Positions 19,778-29,717 are shown, counted from the first letter of the stretch. The stretch is DNA of 64,000 nt from Candidatus Cloacimonadales bacterium (GCA_963665815.1 OY762463.1:3168001-3232000), one strand, 5' to 3'. Translations and numbers: made by a program. Notes: generated by a model from the sequence alone, not told the origin.

Positions 19778-21892
19778 ATGAAAAAAGCATTTATATTTAT
19801 TGGTGTGATTATTATACTGACTTCTTGCAGTATTATTCGATTCGGTAGACAGACTGAACCACCGAAGCTGAAAAAAGAAATATCCTATATTGTAAACCAT
19901 GGTGATACTCTTTTTGATGAATATGCCTGGGTAAAGGATAAACTCAGACAAAATTCAGTAGTTAAAAAACACTTGCAGCAGGAGAACAGTTATACCGAAT
20001 ATATGCTGAAAGATACTGAGAAACTTCAAAAAACTCTGTTCAAAGAGTATCTTTCCAGAATACCAAAGAATGATACATCGCTTCCAACCTTAGTTGACAG
20101 TTTTTTTTACTATTGGAAGATTGATAAAAAATCTCAGTATGATACATATTACAGACGCTTGAACAGAAATGGAGCTGAAGAAGAGCTTATTCTTGATGAA
20201 AATAAACTTGCAAAAGGCTCTGAGTTTTTCACATTGGGATTCCTTTCCAAAAGTCCTGATCATAATCTGCTTGCAATGGGTATAGACAGATATGGGTATG
20301 AGAGATATCAATTGTATATAAAGGATTTATCAAAAGATGAGTTTCTTGATATAGGTGAAATTTACGCAGATGATGTTTCCTGGTTTACAGATAACAAAAC
20401 TTTCTACTATACTCTGGTAGATTCCACAGGAAGGACATTCAGAACGTTCCGCCATACACTCGGGCAGGAACTGAAAGAAGATCAAGTTGTTTTTGAGGAA
20501 AATGACAAAGCTTTCTACGTCTGGACTCACAGATCTTCTGACGATAAGTACATGCTTATCAGCTCAGGGAGCAAAACAACGACTGAAACCTGGTACCTAC
20601 CCGCAGATAAGCCATTTTCCGAACCAAAACTACTTCAATCCAGAATTCAGGATATGGAATACTATGTTGATCACAGGAATGGAAAGTTCATAATTACAAC
20701 TAATGCAGACGGTGCTTTTGATTATAAGATTGTAACCGTTGATGTTGATAATCCGAAGAAAGAGAACTGGAAAGATCTGATTCCGCATCGACCGGGAATT
20801 GTCACAGGTTGTGATGTTTTCAGGGATAATCTCATTGTGACAGAAACAGAAGATGGACTGACAAAACTAAGGATTATCAAATGGGAAGATATGTCGGAAT
20901 ACTATGTTGAAGTCAGTCAGGATGTTTATAATTTATCTTATGGTGGAAGCGCAAATTATGTGACTGACAGTATCAGGTATGGATATTCATCTTACAATAT
21001 ATTACCTAAGACATATTCACTGAATCTGAAAACCGGAGAGAAAACTCTCCTTAAAGAAAGAAAATTAAATGTTCCTTATAATGGTGATGATTATGCAACA
21101 AAGAAAGTTCTGGTAACAGCGGATGATGGTGAAAAGGTTCCTATGTTTATGGTTTATAGAAGAGATAAGATTGATTTTAAGTCTCCGGTTCCGGTTTATC
21201 TTGATGTATACGGTGCATACGGAGACAATAACACTCCCTATTTTTCATCTGCACTGATTTCTCTACTTGATAGAGGAGTTTTGTTTGCAACAGCTTCCAT
21301 ACGTGGGGGGGGAGACAAAGGAAAGCAGTGGCATATTGACGGAAGAATGCTGAAAAAGAAAAATACTTTTACAGATTTTATAAATTGTGCCGAATATTTA
21401 ATAGAAGAAGGATATACAACAAAAGATATGCTTGTTGCTACTGGTGGTTCAGCAGGAGGACTTACTGTTGGTGCTGCGCTGAATATGAAATCTGATATTT
21501 TCGGGGCTGTAATACTGGATGTTCCTTTTGTTGACCTGATGAATACAATGTTTGATCCTGAATTGTCTGCAACGGTATCTGAATATGAAGAATGGGGTAA
21601 CCCGAATATTGATGAGTATTATCAATATATGAAGAGTTATTGCCCATACACTAACATAAAAAAGAAGATTTATCCGGATATGCTGGTGTTATGTGGTTAC
21701 CACGACACGAGAGTGAATTACTGGGAACCTATGAAATATGTTGCGAGACTGAGAGATAATAAGATTGACAATAATGTTATATTATTGCATACTGATTTTA
21801 CCTCGGGACACTCTGGTGCTTCCGGGAAATATGATTATTTAAAGAGAATTGCACTTGTTCATGCATATGTGCTGACAAAAACCCTTAACTAA
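19778..21892 (+). CDS. ptrB: Oligopeptidase B (S9A), probable lipoprotein
   Basis: LTSC lipobox; YGAYG, RGGG, GGSAGG nucleophile motif, EWGNP, DTRV, GH. Confidence 0.9.
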   Translation: MKKAFIFIGVIIILTSCSIIRFGRQTEPPKLKKEISYIVNHGDTLFDEYAWVKDKLRQNSVVKKHLQQENSYTEYMLKDTEKLQKTLFKEYLSRIPKNDTSLPTLVDSFFYYWKIDKKSQYDTYYRRLNRNGAEEELILDENKLAKGSEFFTLGFLSKSPDHNLLAMGIDRYGYERYQLYIKDLSKDEFLDIGEIYADDVSWFTDNKTFYYTLVDSTGRTFRTFRHTLGQELKEDQVVFEENDKAFYVWTHRSSDDKYMLISSGSKTTTETWYLPADKPFSEPKLLQSRIQDMEYYVDHRNGKFIITTNADGAFDYKIVTVDVDNPKKENWKDLIPHRPGIVTGCDVFRDNLIVTETEDGLTKLRIIKWEDMSEYYVEVSQDVYNLSYGGSANYVTDSIRYGYSSYNILPKTYSLNLKTGEKTLLKERKLNVPYNGDDYATKKVLVTADDGEKVPMFMVYRRDKIDFKSPVPVYLDVYGAYGDNNTPYFSSALISLLDRGVLFATASIRGGGDKGKQWHIDGRMLKKKNTFTDFINCAEYLIEEGYTTKDMLVATGGSAGGLTVGAALNMKSDIFGAVILDVPFVDLMNTMFDPELSATVSEYEEWGNPNIDEYYQYMKSYCPYTNIKKKIYPDMLVLCGYHDTRVNYWEPMKYVARLRDNKIDNNVILLHTDFTSGHSGASGKYDYLKRIALVHAYVLTKTLN

Positions 21893-21902
21893 GAAGGTCA
21901 AA

Positions 21903-22943
21903 ATGGCAATGGATAACGTTAAAGATTCCCATATGGATTATGAAAGAGTATTAAAAAGATATTCTGGTGCTGAGCGCGCAGCAATTATGCTGATTTCTCT
22001 CGGTAAAGAGGCTTCATCTCTGGTTTTTCAGAACATGCAGCCGGAAGATGTCGAATTGCTGTCGGCAAAAGTTGCTACAATACAGACAGTTGATCCTGAA
22101 GTTACTGATGCTGTGTTTGTGGAATTCTATGAACTGATAAAAGCTCAGCAGTATATTTCACTCGGTGGTGTTGAATATGCTCGCGAAGTATTGCAGGAAG
22201 CTCTTGGAGATGCCAGAGCAAATGAGATTATCAAGAAAATCCAGAGAATGATGCAGATTAAAGGTTTCAATGTTCTTAAACAGGTGGAAGCTTCTCAGCT
22301 TCTTACATTCATCCAGAAAGAACACCCTCAGACCATTGCACTTATTCTTACTCAGCTTGAACCTTCTCAAGCTGCCAGTGTTGTTGCAGAACTTCCTGAA
22401 GAACAGAGAAATGACGTTATCATGCGTTTTGCTTCCATGGAAAGTGTATCTGAAGCAATGATTAATACTGTAGAAAAAGTACTTGAAGATCGTATTGATT
22501 TCTCACAACAGGGATCGAAATTCGGTGGTGTTACAGCTGCGGCAGAAATTATAAATATGGTTGGTTCAACAATTGAAAGATCTATTCTGGAAGCTCTTGC
22601 AGCTAAAGACCCTAAACTGGCAACGGAAATTAAAAATCTTATGTTTGTATTTGAAGATCTTATCTATCTTGATGACAGAACTATTCAGAAAGTACTTCGT
22701 GATATTGATCAGAAGGATCTTGCTCTTGCTCTTAAAGGTGCTAACGACGAAGTTAAAGATAAAATATTTAATAACATGTCAGAACGTGCTGCAAATATTA
22801 TTTCCGAAGAAATGGAATATACAGGTCCTGTAAGACTCCGAGATGTTGAGAATGCTCGTCAGAATATTCTCGATGTAATCAGGAAGCTTGAGGAACTTGG
22901 TGAAATACAGATTTCCAAGGGCGGAGAAGACTTTATAGAATAG
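21903..22943 (+). CDS. fliG: Flagellar motor switch protein FliG homolog (orphan in this window)
   Basis: GGVEYAREVL, EHPQTIAL, GG, MFVFEDL, NMSERAA..GPVRLRDVE. Confidence 0.92.
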   Translation: MAMDNVKDSHMDYERVLKRYSGAERAAIMLISLGKEASSLVFQNMQPEDVELLSAKVATIQTVDPEVTDAVFVEFYELIKAQQYISLGGVEYAREVLQEALGDARANEIIKKIQRMMQIKGFNVLKQVEASQLLTFIQKEHPQTIALILTQLEPSQAASVVAELPEEQRNDVIMRFASMESVSEAMINTVEKVLEDRIDFSQQGSKFGGVTAAAEIINMVGSTIERSILEALAAKDPKLATEIKNLMFVFEDLIYLDDRTIQKVLRDIDQKDLALALKGANDEVKDKIFNNMSERAANIISEEMEYTGPVRLRDVENARQNILDVIRKLEELGEIQISKGGEDFIE

Positions 22944-22956
22944 GAGAGTTTTCATA

Positions 22957-23463
22957 ATGAATATTGAAAAGAAAGAACTTGGATTTGATAATATCGTTAA
23001 TTTTACTGATATATCAATACAGAAAATTTTGAAAGGCATAAATCAAACTGATCTTACAATGGCTTTGCAGGGTGCAGACAAATATCTGATAAAAAGGATA
23101 TTCAACAACATGTCTGTGAGAGCAGCGTCTATAATATCAGAATCTGTGGAGAATTTTGAAACTGCAGAACCATCAGATATTCAAAATGCCAGAAATACAA
23201 TTGAGAAACAGATTCATAATCTTGCCGAGACTAACGAAATAGATCTTTTACAGGGAAATGAAATGCAACTTGAACGTGTTAAAGTATTGAAAGATGTCGA
23301 TGACTCACAACTTCTATCTTACCTTAATAAAGAAAATCCTGAGACAATAGCACTTGTACTGAATCAAATGGATAAAGACAGAACGGCAAATATTCTTAGT
23401 ACATTACCGGAATATTTAAGAAACGAAGTTAACAGCAAGCTTGAAGAACCTGAACAAGCCTGA
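22957..23463 (+). CDS. FliG-derived protein with C-domain followed by M-domain (permuted order)
   Basis: Residues ~9-97 align with the FliG C-domain (SIQKILK, IFNNMSVRAA, NAR); ~106-163 with the M-domain (QLLSYLNKENPETIALVL). Confidence 0.8.
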   Translation: MNIEKKELGFDNIVNFTDISIQKILKGINQTDLTMALQGADKYLIKRIFNNMSVRAASIISESVENFETAEPSDIQNARNTIEKQIHNLAETNEIDLLQGNEMQLERVKVLKDVDDSQLLSYLNKENPETIALVLNQMDKDRTANILSTLPEYLRNEVNSKLEEPEQA

Positions 23464-23481
23464 CTCACATAGGAGATAATT

Positions 23482-23826
23482 ATGACAAAACCTGCATATT
23501 GCGGATTAATCTGTGAAAACTGTGATGCCTTTATTGCATATAAAAATAATGATCAGGAGCTAAGAATTAAAACAGCAGAATTCTGGTCAGTAGAATATGG
23601 TGCAGAGATAAACCCAGATGATATCAATTGTGTTGGCTGCCATACTGCTGAAGGTGTTCATATCTCTCATTGTGCCGAGTGTAAAATTAAAGCATGTGCA
23701 GAAGGTAAGGGGTTGGATAACTGTGGTCTTTGCAAAGATTATCCCTGTGATGAAGTAAATCACGTGGTAAACTTTGTTCCTGAAGCAAAAGAGGTTCTAA
23801 ACAAGATTCACTCAGAAGCTTTCTGA
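23482..23826 (+). CDS. DUF3795-family Cys-rich protein
   Basis: AYCGLICENC, CVGC, CAECKIKACA, CGLCKDYPC. Confidence 0.85.
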   Translation: MTKPAYCGLICENCDAFIAYKNNDQELRIKTAEFWSVEYGAEINPDDINCVGCHTAEGVHISHCAECKIKACAEGKGLDNCGLCKDYPCDEVNHVVNFVPEAKEVLNKIHSEAF

Positions 23827-23839
23827 TTTATGATTGATT

Positions 23840-24298
23840 TTAATAGAAATTGACCTGGAAATCTTTCAGGTCTTTTTCTTTATATATGAGCTTTGCAGAA
23901 AAATGCTTATCCTCAAAAAGCCATGGGATGAATGTTTTATCACCTTCCCATAGATTCAGATCAAGCAGTTTATCTTTATCAATCCATTCCAGACTGCCTT
24001 CCGGTGAATCAATAATTTCCCCTGCAAACTCAAAAGCTCTGAACAGAAATACATACCAGTCATTCTTACCATCAAACATAGGGAATGTGATCATGCCTTT
24101 AAGAAACGGATTTTCAATTGCCAGCCCGGTTTCTTCTTTCATCTCTCGTATAACGCATTCCTCAGGAGATTCACCAGTTTCAAGCTTACCACCGGGAGCA
24201 TTCCATTTCCCTTCATGATAGTCATTTTCTTTTTTGTTTCTATACAGCATCAGAACTTTACCGTTTTTCTCAAGATAGCATAATGTTGCCAGTATCAT
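23840..24298 (-). CDS. NUDIX hydrolase (8-oxo-dGTP diphosphatase-like)
   Basis: Nudix box GGKLETGESPEECVIREMKEETGL; EGSLEW, LWEGD. Confidence 0.9.
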   Translation of the reverse strand: MILATLCYLEKNGKVLMLYRNKKENDYHEGKWNAPGGKLETGESPEECVIREMKEETGLAIENPFLKGMITFPMFDGKNDWYVFLFRAFEFAGEIIDSPEGSLEWIDKDKLLDLNLWEGDKTFIPWLFEDKHFSAKLIYKEKDLKDFQVNFY

Positions 24299-24356
24299 AA
24301 TTATTCCTTATTGGTTTTGAGCTAAATTAGAATTGAAGATTTATGTGTCAATAAAC

Positions 24357-24385
24357 AAAAAAAGCCCATCAGTTGGTTGATGGGC
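24357..24385 (-). terminator. Minus-strand terminator for the 24444-24746 gene
   Basis: GCCCATCA/TGATGGGC stem with A7 on the left, i.e. a U-tract on the minus strand. Confidence 0.75.
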
Positions 24386-24443
24386 AGAAAGTCAGAAGTC
24401 AGATACTTCTTTTTTTAATTTATATTATTGTACACCTGCGAAA

Positions 24444-24746
24444 TTATAAATACACTACTTCTTTGATAAAAAACATTGATGGTAACTCTCCAATAAAAGA
24501 ACTGGAAGTATCGACAAAAAATCTTTTTTTACTGGCAGATTCATTCAAAGATACTGATTCCGGATGATAGAGTATATCAAACCATAAATCATTTTTTTCA
24601 CTTTTGTTATTTCTCACAATATCTGGAGGTAATGTAGAGATATTATTTAATCCAAGTGAGTCGATAAAATGAATATTATTGGCAGAATTACCATCGTAAA
24701 ATTTTATCTTCCTGTTTTTAGTACTTATAATCTTGGGTTTCTTCAT
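24444..24746 (-). CDS. Hypothetical 100-aa protein
   Basis: AAGGA SD, upstream sigma54-like promoter and downstream terminator frame the ORF. Confidence 0.6.
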   Translation of the reverse strand: MKKPKIISTKNRKIKFYDGNSANNIHFIDSLGLNNISTLPPDIVRNNKSEKNDLWFDILYHPESVSLNESASKKRFFVDTSSSFIGELPSMFFIKEVVYL

Positions 24747-24770
24747 ACGTTCGTCCTTCGCAAGTCAATT

Positions 24771-24788
24771 ATGCATTTTTTATGCCAA
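24771..24788 (-). promoter_or_regulatory. Putative sigma54 (-24/-12) promoter
   Basis: Minus strand TTGGCATAAAAAATGCAT has exact GG-N10-GC spacing; predicted +1 near 24761, just above the SD. Confidence 0.55.
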
Positions 24789-24912
24789 AAAGAATTATTT
24801 AATTTTCTATGATAGAATTTCGGATAATTTCCGTTTAATGTTTGACTTTTACTTTTTTATTAAATGATTTGTCTTTGTTACCTGATTTTAAAATAAGGAA
24901 TTCAATATATAA

Positions 24913-26412
24913 ATGAAAATTGTAAACAATGTAAAGTATGTTAGTATGGTGTTAATCTTATTTACACTTACTTCATATTCATATGCTTTTTCTCCCCAGA
25001 AAGAGCATTTCAAGAGCGAAAAGCTTTATGATCAGTATCTTTCCTGGCGTGCCAGAGGTAATTTCGCAAGTGGATCCGGAACATACATTGCCAAGAATTT
25101 TATCAGGATGAACGTTATGGATAAGGATAAACGCCTTGTTTCACTAACATTGGATTCCGATAACTGGATTGTTTACAATATGAGAGAAAGCATCAGTATA
25201 CTGGGAGATTCATACAATCCTGTTGATTCTCTTCACAAATTCATGCTGGAATCTTTCTTTTTCAAATTCAACACTCGGGATTTCGAATATGTCAGGCAAT
25301 TTGTAACAGAGAATAACATTTCAATTAGAGATTCACGAAATAACAGTTTTCAAAGTCTGTGGAAAATTCTCAGTGATGGCAGATTTGTTCCGATTGTAAT
25401 AGAAAGAGACAATACTCCAGGCGTTTTTCTTGTTTACTACAGATCAGATGCACATTTCAAGATTGTTTTTCCTCAGGATATGCCTGAAATGAAAGTTCCT
25501 GAAGAAATTGTGGTGAAGAAGAAGAAATATTATGAGGAATTACCTCCCGAAAAGAGTAAAAGCAAAGTTATCCCCAAAAAGAGAGTTAAAACTGAAATGG
25601 AAAAACAGGAAGAAACGGATAAGCTTGACAATCTAGTGAGGAAAAGACGTAAACCACTTCCTTCAACTTACAAGGAATTCTACAATTTCTATGATGACAC
25701 TGTACCTGTAAGTCCGTCTACAACGCTAAAACAGTTTATAGATAAAAATCAGGACAAAACATTCAAGAAGAAACTACTGAATAACAAAGTAAACAATGTA
25801 ACCGATTTTCTTGCTGAACAATTTCCCGGACATCGACTGAAATCTCACGGAGGAATTCATGAACTCACTGTAGACTCATTCAGGAATATGATTTCTGGAG
25901 ATATTACTGTTGCATCTGTTGCAGATGATGATGGTGTGAATATTGTTCCGGTAAACAACTTTGATGTTAATGGAAATAGCATAGAGTTTGATAATGGTGA
26001 AAAACTTCTGATAAAAGAACTGAATAATTACGAAATAGACATGATTGCTGAAAAATTGAATTATCTGATTATGGAACATAGAATAATCGGTACAGAACTG
26101 ACAAACTTCATTGTTACCAGTAATGATGTTCCCGTGACATTATCGTTATATGAAAAAGACGAAAGAACGCTCTATGAATTTAACTCCTACTCTAACATGC
26201 TGCTTATGCTTAATACATACTGGAAAACGGAAGGCTCGTATTTCAGCTTAACGGACATCAAAAAAATAAACAACTACATTGAGCTTCACGGTACACTTGT
26301 TGTTAAAAGAGATAATGGAAAAGTTGATTTTGCCGAGTGTAAATTCCATCTTAACAAAAAATTCCAGATTGATCTGGCGATTATGGTATTGAAAACAAAC
26401 ATTGATTTTTAA
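24913..26412 (+). CDS. Hypothetical exported protein with Lys/Glu-rich linker
   Basis: Signal peptide ending SYA; 499 aa; no recognised family. Confidence 0.75.
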   Translation: MKIVNNVKYVSMVLILFTLTSYSYAFSPQKEHFKSEKLYDQYLSWRARGNFASGSGTYIAKNFIRMNVMDKDKRLVSLTLDSDNWIVYNMRESISILGDSYNPVDSLHKFMLESFFFKFNTRDFEYVRQFVTENNISIRDSRNNSFQSLWKILSDGRFVPIVIERDNTPGVFLVYYRSDAHFKIVFPQDMPEMKVPEEIVVKKKKYYEELPPEKSKSKVIPKKRVKTEMEKQEETDKLDNLVRKRRKPLPSTYKEFYNFYDDTVPVSPSTTLKQFIDKNQDKTFKKKLLNNKVNNVTDFLAEQFPGHRLKSHGGIHELTVDSFRNMISGDITVASVADDDGVNIVPVNNFDVNGNSIEFDNGEKLLIKELNNYEIDMIAEKLNYLIMEHRIIGTELTNFIVTSNDVPVTLSLYEKDERTLYEFNSYSNMLLMLNTYWKTEGSYFSLTDIKKINNYIELHGTLVVKRDNGKVDFAECKFHLNKKFQIDLAIMVLKTNIDF

Positions 26413-26422
26413 GGATAAACTT

Positions 26423-27172
26423 ATGAAATATTTTGAGACACATGCACATCTTAATTTTGAAAACTACAATCAGGATAGAGAAAAAGTAATACAAGACTCC
26501 TTCAAAGCAGGAGTAGATGGAATCATAAATATTGGTTTGAACAAAGAGACATCTCTTGAGTGTCTTGATATAGCAAAGCAATATGACAATATGTGGGTAG
26601 CAATCGGATTTCACCCATCCGAAGCCCATCTGCTGGATATGGAGTTTCTGAAAAAGCATGCTTCTAAGAAGAAAGTTGTGGCAATAGGGGAGATAGGTCT
26701 GGATTTCTACAGAATGTATCAACCTGAGAAAATACAGGTAGAAGCTTTCGAGAAACAGCTCGAGTTAGCAGTTGAACTTGATATGCCAGTGGTGATTCAT
26801 GATCGCAATGCTCACGAGAAGTGCTACGATGTTATGAAAGCGTCTGGAATTAAGAAGGCTGTATTCCACTGTTTTTCAGGAGATCTTGCTTTTTCAGAGA
26901 AAGTTATTTCACAGGGATGGTACATTTCGTTTACAGGTGCAATCACATACAAGAACAGTAAAATGGACTCGGTGATTGCAAATGTACCCAAAAATATGTT
27001 TATGATTGAAACAGATTGTCCTTTTTTGACTCCGGTACCATTCAGGGGAAAACGTAACAGTCCTCAATATTTACGGTATATAGTGGAAAAGATTGCTGAA
27101 GTTAAACAAGTTCCACCCAAAATAGTTGCTGAAACTTCCTATGATAATGCAGTGAGGTTTTTTAATCTGTAA
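26423..27172 (+). CDS. tatD: TatD-family deoxyribonuclease
   Basis: THAHL, GFHP, AIGEIGLD, VIHDR, FHCF, ETDCPFL; start at MKYF. Confidence 0.93.
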   Translation: MKYFETHAHLNFENYNQDREKVIQDSFKAGVDGIINIGLNKETSLECLDIAKQYDNMWVAIGFHPSEAHLLDMEFLKKHASKKKVVAIGEIGLDFYRMYQPEKIQVEAFEKQLELAVELDMPVVIHDRNAHEKCYDVMKASGIKKAVFHCFSGDLAFSEKVISQGWYISFTGAITYKNSKMDSVIANVPKNMFMIETDCPFLTPVPFRGKRNSPQYLRYIVEKIAEVKQVPPKIVAETSYDNAVRFFNL

Positions 27173-27232
27173 GTAACGGAATAGAATTTGCTCGTTATTA
27201 TTAAAAAAAACACTATTAGTAAGGAGTAGATT

Positions 27233-27916
27233 ATGTTTTTCTTCGGAGATATGACTTTTGTACTGCTTATACCGGTTATGATATTGGCTTTCTGGACTCA
27301 GTCCAATGTTCAGTCGGTTTACCAGAAATTTAAAAGAGTACGTCACAGTTCCGGAATGAGCGGGGCACAGACTGCAGAATATATATTAAGACGAAACGGC
27401 ATAAATGATGTTTCCGTACGGGAAGTTAAGGGTACTTTAACAGATCATTACAATCCCAGAACAAAAGAAGTCTGTCTTTCCTCAGACATTTATCATGGAG
27501 CATCAATATCTTCTGTGACAATTGCGGCTCATGAAGTTGGGCATGCCATGCAGCATGCAAACGGTTATGTTCCGTTAAGCTTGAGAGCTTCAATTCTTCC
27601 TTTTGCACAATTGGGTTCAGGTGCGGCTATACCATTATTCTTTATTGGATTCCTTTTCAGTTTTCCATTTCTGATGGATTTAGGAATTATATTCTTTGCA
27701 GGAGCATTCCTGTTTCAGGTTGTGACTTTACCTGTAGAATTCAATGCTTCAGCCAGAGCAGTTAATCAGCTTTCCAATGGTATAAACATGCAAAATGAGG
27801 AAACAGTGTATTCCAGAAGAGTCTTAAGAGCAGCAGCTTTGACTTATGTTGCATCTACTCTGGTTGCTCTTGTTCATCTTATCAGGTTGATCATTCTGAG
27901 AGGTGGAAGAGACTGA
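27233..27916 (+). CDS. Membrane neutral zinc metallopeptidase (YugP-like)
   Basis: LTDHYNP, AAHEVGHAMQ, TLPVEFNAS, AAALTYVA. Confidence 0.9.
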   Translation: MFFFGDMTFVLLIPVMILAFWTQSNVQSVYQKFKRVRHSSGMSGAQTAEYILRRNGINDVSVREVKGTLTDHYNPRTKEVCLSSDIYHGASISSVTIAAHEVGHAMQHANGYVPLSLRASILPFAQLGSGAAIPLFFIGFLFSFPFLMDLGIIFFAGAFLFQVVTLPVEFNASARAVNQLSNGINMQNEETVYSRRVLRAAALTYVASTLVALVHLIRLIILRGGRD

Positions 27917-27917
27917 C

Positions 27918-28370
27918 ATGCATAAGTTTATTCTGGAACAGAATCTTTCTCAGCTTGCAAAATGGCTCAGATTTCTCGGATATGATACTGCTGTATACAA
28001 GAATATATCATTCCAGAATCTGTATCGTATTGCCCAGCAGGAACACCGTATTATTCTGACCAGAGCAAAAGGGCATGTAAGAAAAGATATCAGGTGGCCA
28101 ATAAGGTACATTGAAAAGGATACACGACTGGAGCAGCTACGGGAAATCAAGTCCATGCTGTTTTACAGCAATGACAGAATCATGACGAGATGCAGCGCTT
28201 GTAACAGGGTTTTACGAGATGTAAACAAGGCATATATCAGAGATCTGGTTCCGGCGTACGTATACGAAGAACACGACGACTTCCGTTTGTGTACAAATTG
28301 CGGAAACGTCTACTGGAAAGGCTCACACTATAATGATATTGTAACTACTCTAAGAGGAATTGTGTTGTAG
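27918..28370 (+). CDS. Mut7-C RNase (PIN-like) domain protein
   Basis: LAKWLRFLGYDT, RIILTR, RCSACN, CTNCGNVYWKGSHY. Confidence 0.88.
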   Translation: MHKFILEQNLSQLAKWLRFLGYDTAVYKNISFQNLYRIAQQEHRIILTRAKGHVRKDIRWPIRYIEKDTRLEQLREIKSMLFYSNDRIMTRCSACNRVLRDVNKAYIRDLVPAYVYEEHDDFRLCTNCGNVYWKGSHYNDIVTTLRGIVL

Positions 28371-28611
28371 GGGGGTAGAACAATGATTATTGTTCCCTAC
28401 ACAGAACGCTCTGGGGCGTCTTATGGAATGCCCTTCGCAATGGTTCGCTAGCGATCCTTGCGAATGGTGGACTTGGTGCACCAAAACAATATAAATATGG
28501 TCGTTTGTATCTACACGGATGATAAACAACACAATCCGATGACTGTCAGTAAATTTCGTAAAGAATATTGCCACAGTCACCGCACTCCTAAAATAGCTGA
28601 TAGAGTGTGCT
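28367..28611. repeat. Hairpin-rich intergenic repeat with GTAG REP (copy B; homologous to 15991-16133)
   Basis: GTAGGG..GAACAAT-gatt-ATTGTTCCCTAC, TTCGCAA..TTGCGAA hairpins, then the block shared with copy A. Confidence 0.7.
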
Positions 28612-28856
28612 TGGGTTGCTTGGTTAATTTTGACTTGATAATCAGGTAAGCAGGTTTTCCCTGATCCGAGAATCCTTCGTTTTCACATTCCCAACACTGA
28701 ATATACAGGCAAAATATGCTTTTTACTTGACAGTTTGCAAATAGTTAAAGAAACAGAAGGAAATCAATGGGAGAATTGTATAGTAACTTTATCGCAAGTT
28801 TTTAGTTGTATTTTCAGCAGCTCAGGATATGCAAGACTCTCAAACTTATGAAGGTA

Positions 28857-29717
28857 ATGATGTTTAAAAAGAAAGATAAACCTGTAAAACGTAAAAAAAA
28901 TATTGTTCAGGACTATATAGAAGCAATTCTCTTCGCATTCGTGGTAGCAATGATAATCCGGAATTTTACTTTCCAGAACTTTAAGATTCCTTCTTCATCC
29001 ATGGAATCAACCTTGCTCATAGGTGATTATCTGGTGGCAAACAAACTTGCTTTCGCTTTTTCCGATCCGGAAAGAGAAGATATTGTTACTTTCCGATATC
29101 CTGCAGATCCTGACGAACCTCAGCCTCGCGAGAACTTCATAAAACTTCTGGGACCTGTTTACTGGGACAAAGACAACATGTTCTTTAAATATCATGCCAG
29201 AAAAAACGTTGTGAAACGTGTAATTGGTGTTGCCGGAGATAAAGTCGAAATCAAAAACGGTGTGGTTTATCTTAACGATGAAATTATGCAGGAAGACTAT
29301 TCTCAACGTGTTGACAGTGAATTTCTGCTTTCCAGATACTCTCCCAATGCCGGAAAGATTACCTGGAACAGCAAAAGCAAAGAATATATGCATACTCATG
29401 TCAATTATGGTAATTTCTCAGAAGATGATATGAATCGCTATGATAATAAGGTCATGGGTGACAGGGATAATTTCGGTCCTGTTGTTGTTCCTCCGGGCAG
29501 TTATTTCGTACTCGGTGATAACCGTGATATGAGTAAGGACAGCCGTTACTGGGGATTCCTCAACAGAGAAGATATTACCGGATCACCTGCGATCATCTTT
29601 TTTTCATCAGGTCAACCGCCTGTTAAGTCAATCAGGGAATACATCCGTCGTCAGAATGGCATGGAAAACCCCGGACACAGCATACGCTGGAACAGAATTC
29701 TCAGACTGATAAAGTGA
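28857..29717 (+). CDS. lepB: Signal peptidase I
   Basis: IPSSSMESTLLIGD, VKRVIGVAGD, GDNRDMSKDSRYWG; start uncertain (28857 or 28860). Confidence 0.93.
   Translation: MMFKKKDKPVKRKKNIVQDYIEAILFAFVVAMIIRNFTFQNFKIPSSSMESTLLIGDYLVANKLAFAFSDPEREDIVTFRYPADPDEPQPRENFIKLLGPVYWDKDNMFFKYHARKNVVKRVIGVAGDKVEIKNGVVYLNDEIMQEDYSQRVDSEFLLSRYSPNAGKITWNSKSKEYMHTHVNYGNFSEDDMNRYDNKVMGDRDNFGPVVVPPGSYFVLGDNRDMSKDSRYWGFLNREDITGSPAIIFFSSGQPPVKSIREYIRRQNGMENPGHSIRWNRILRLIK

Noticed and set aside
28458-28649. 63-aa ORF as a confirmed gene
   Set aside because: No SD, and the homologous copy contains in-frame stops; kept only as part of the repeat finding.
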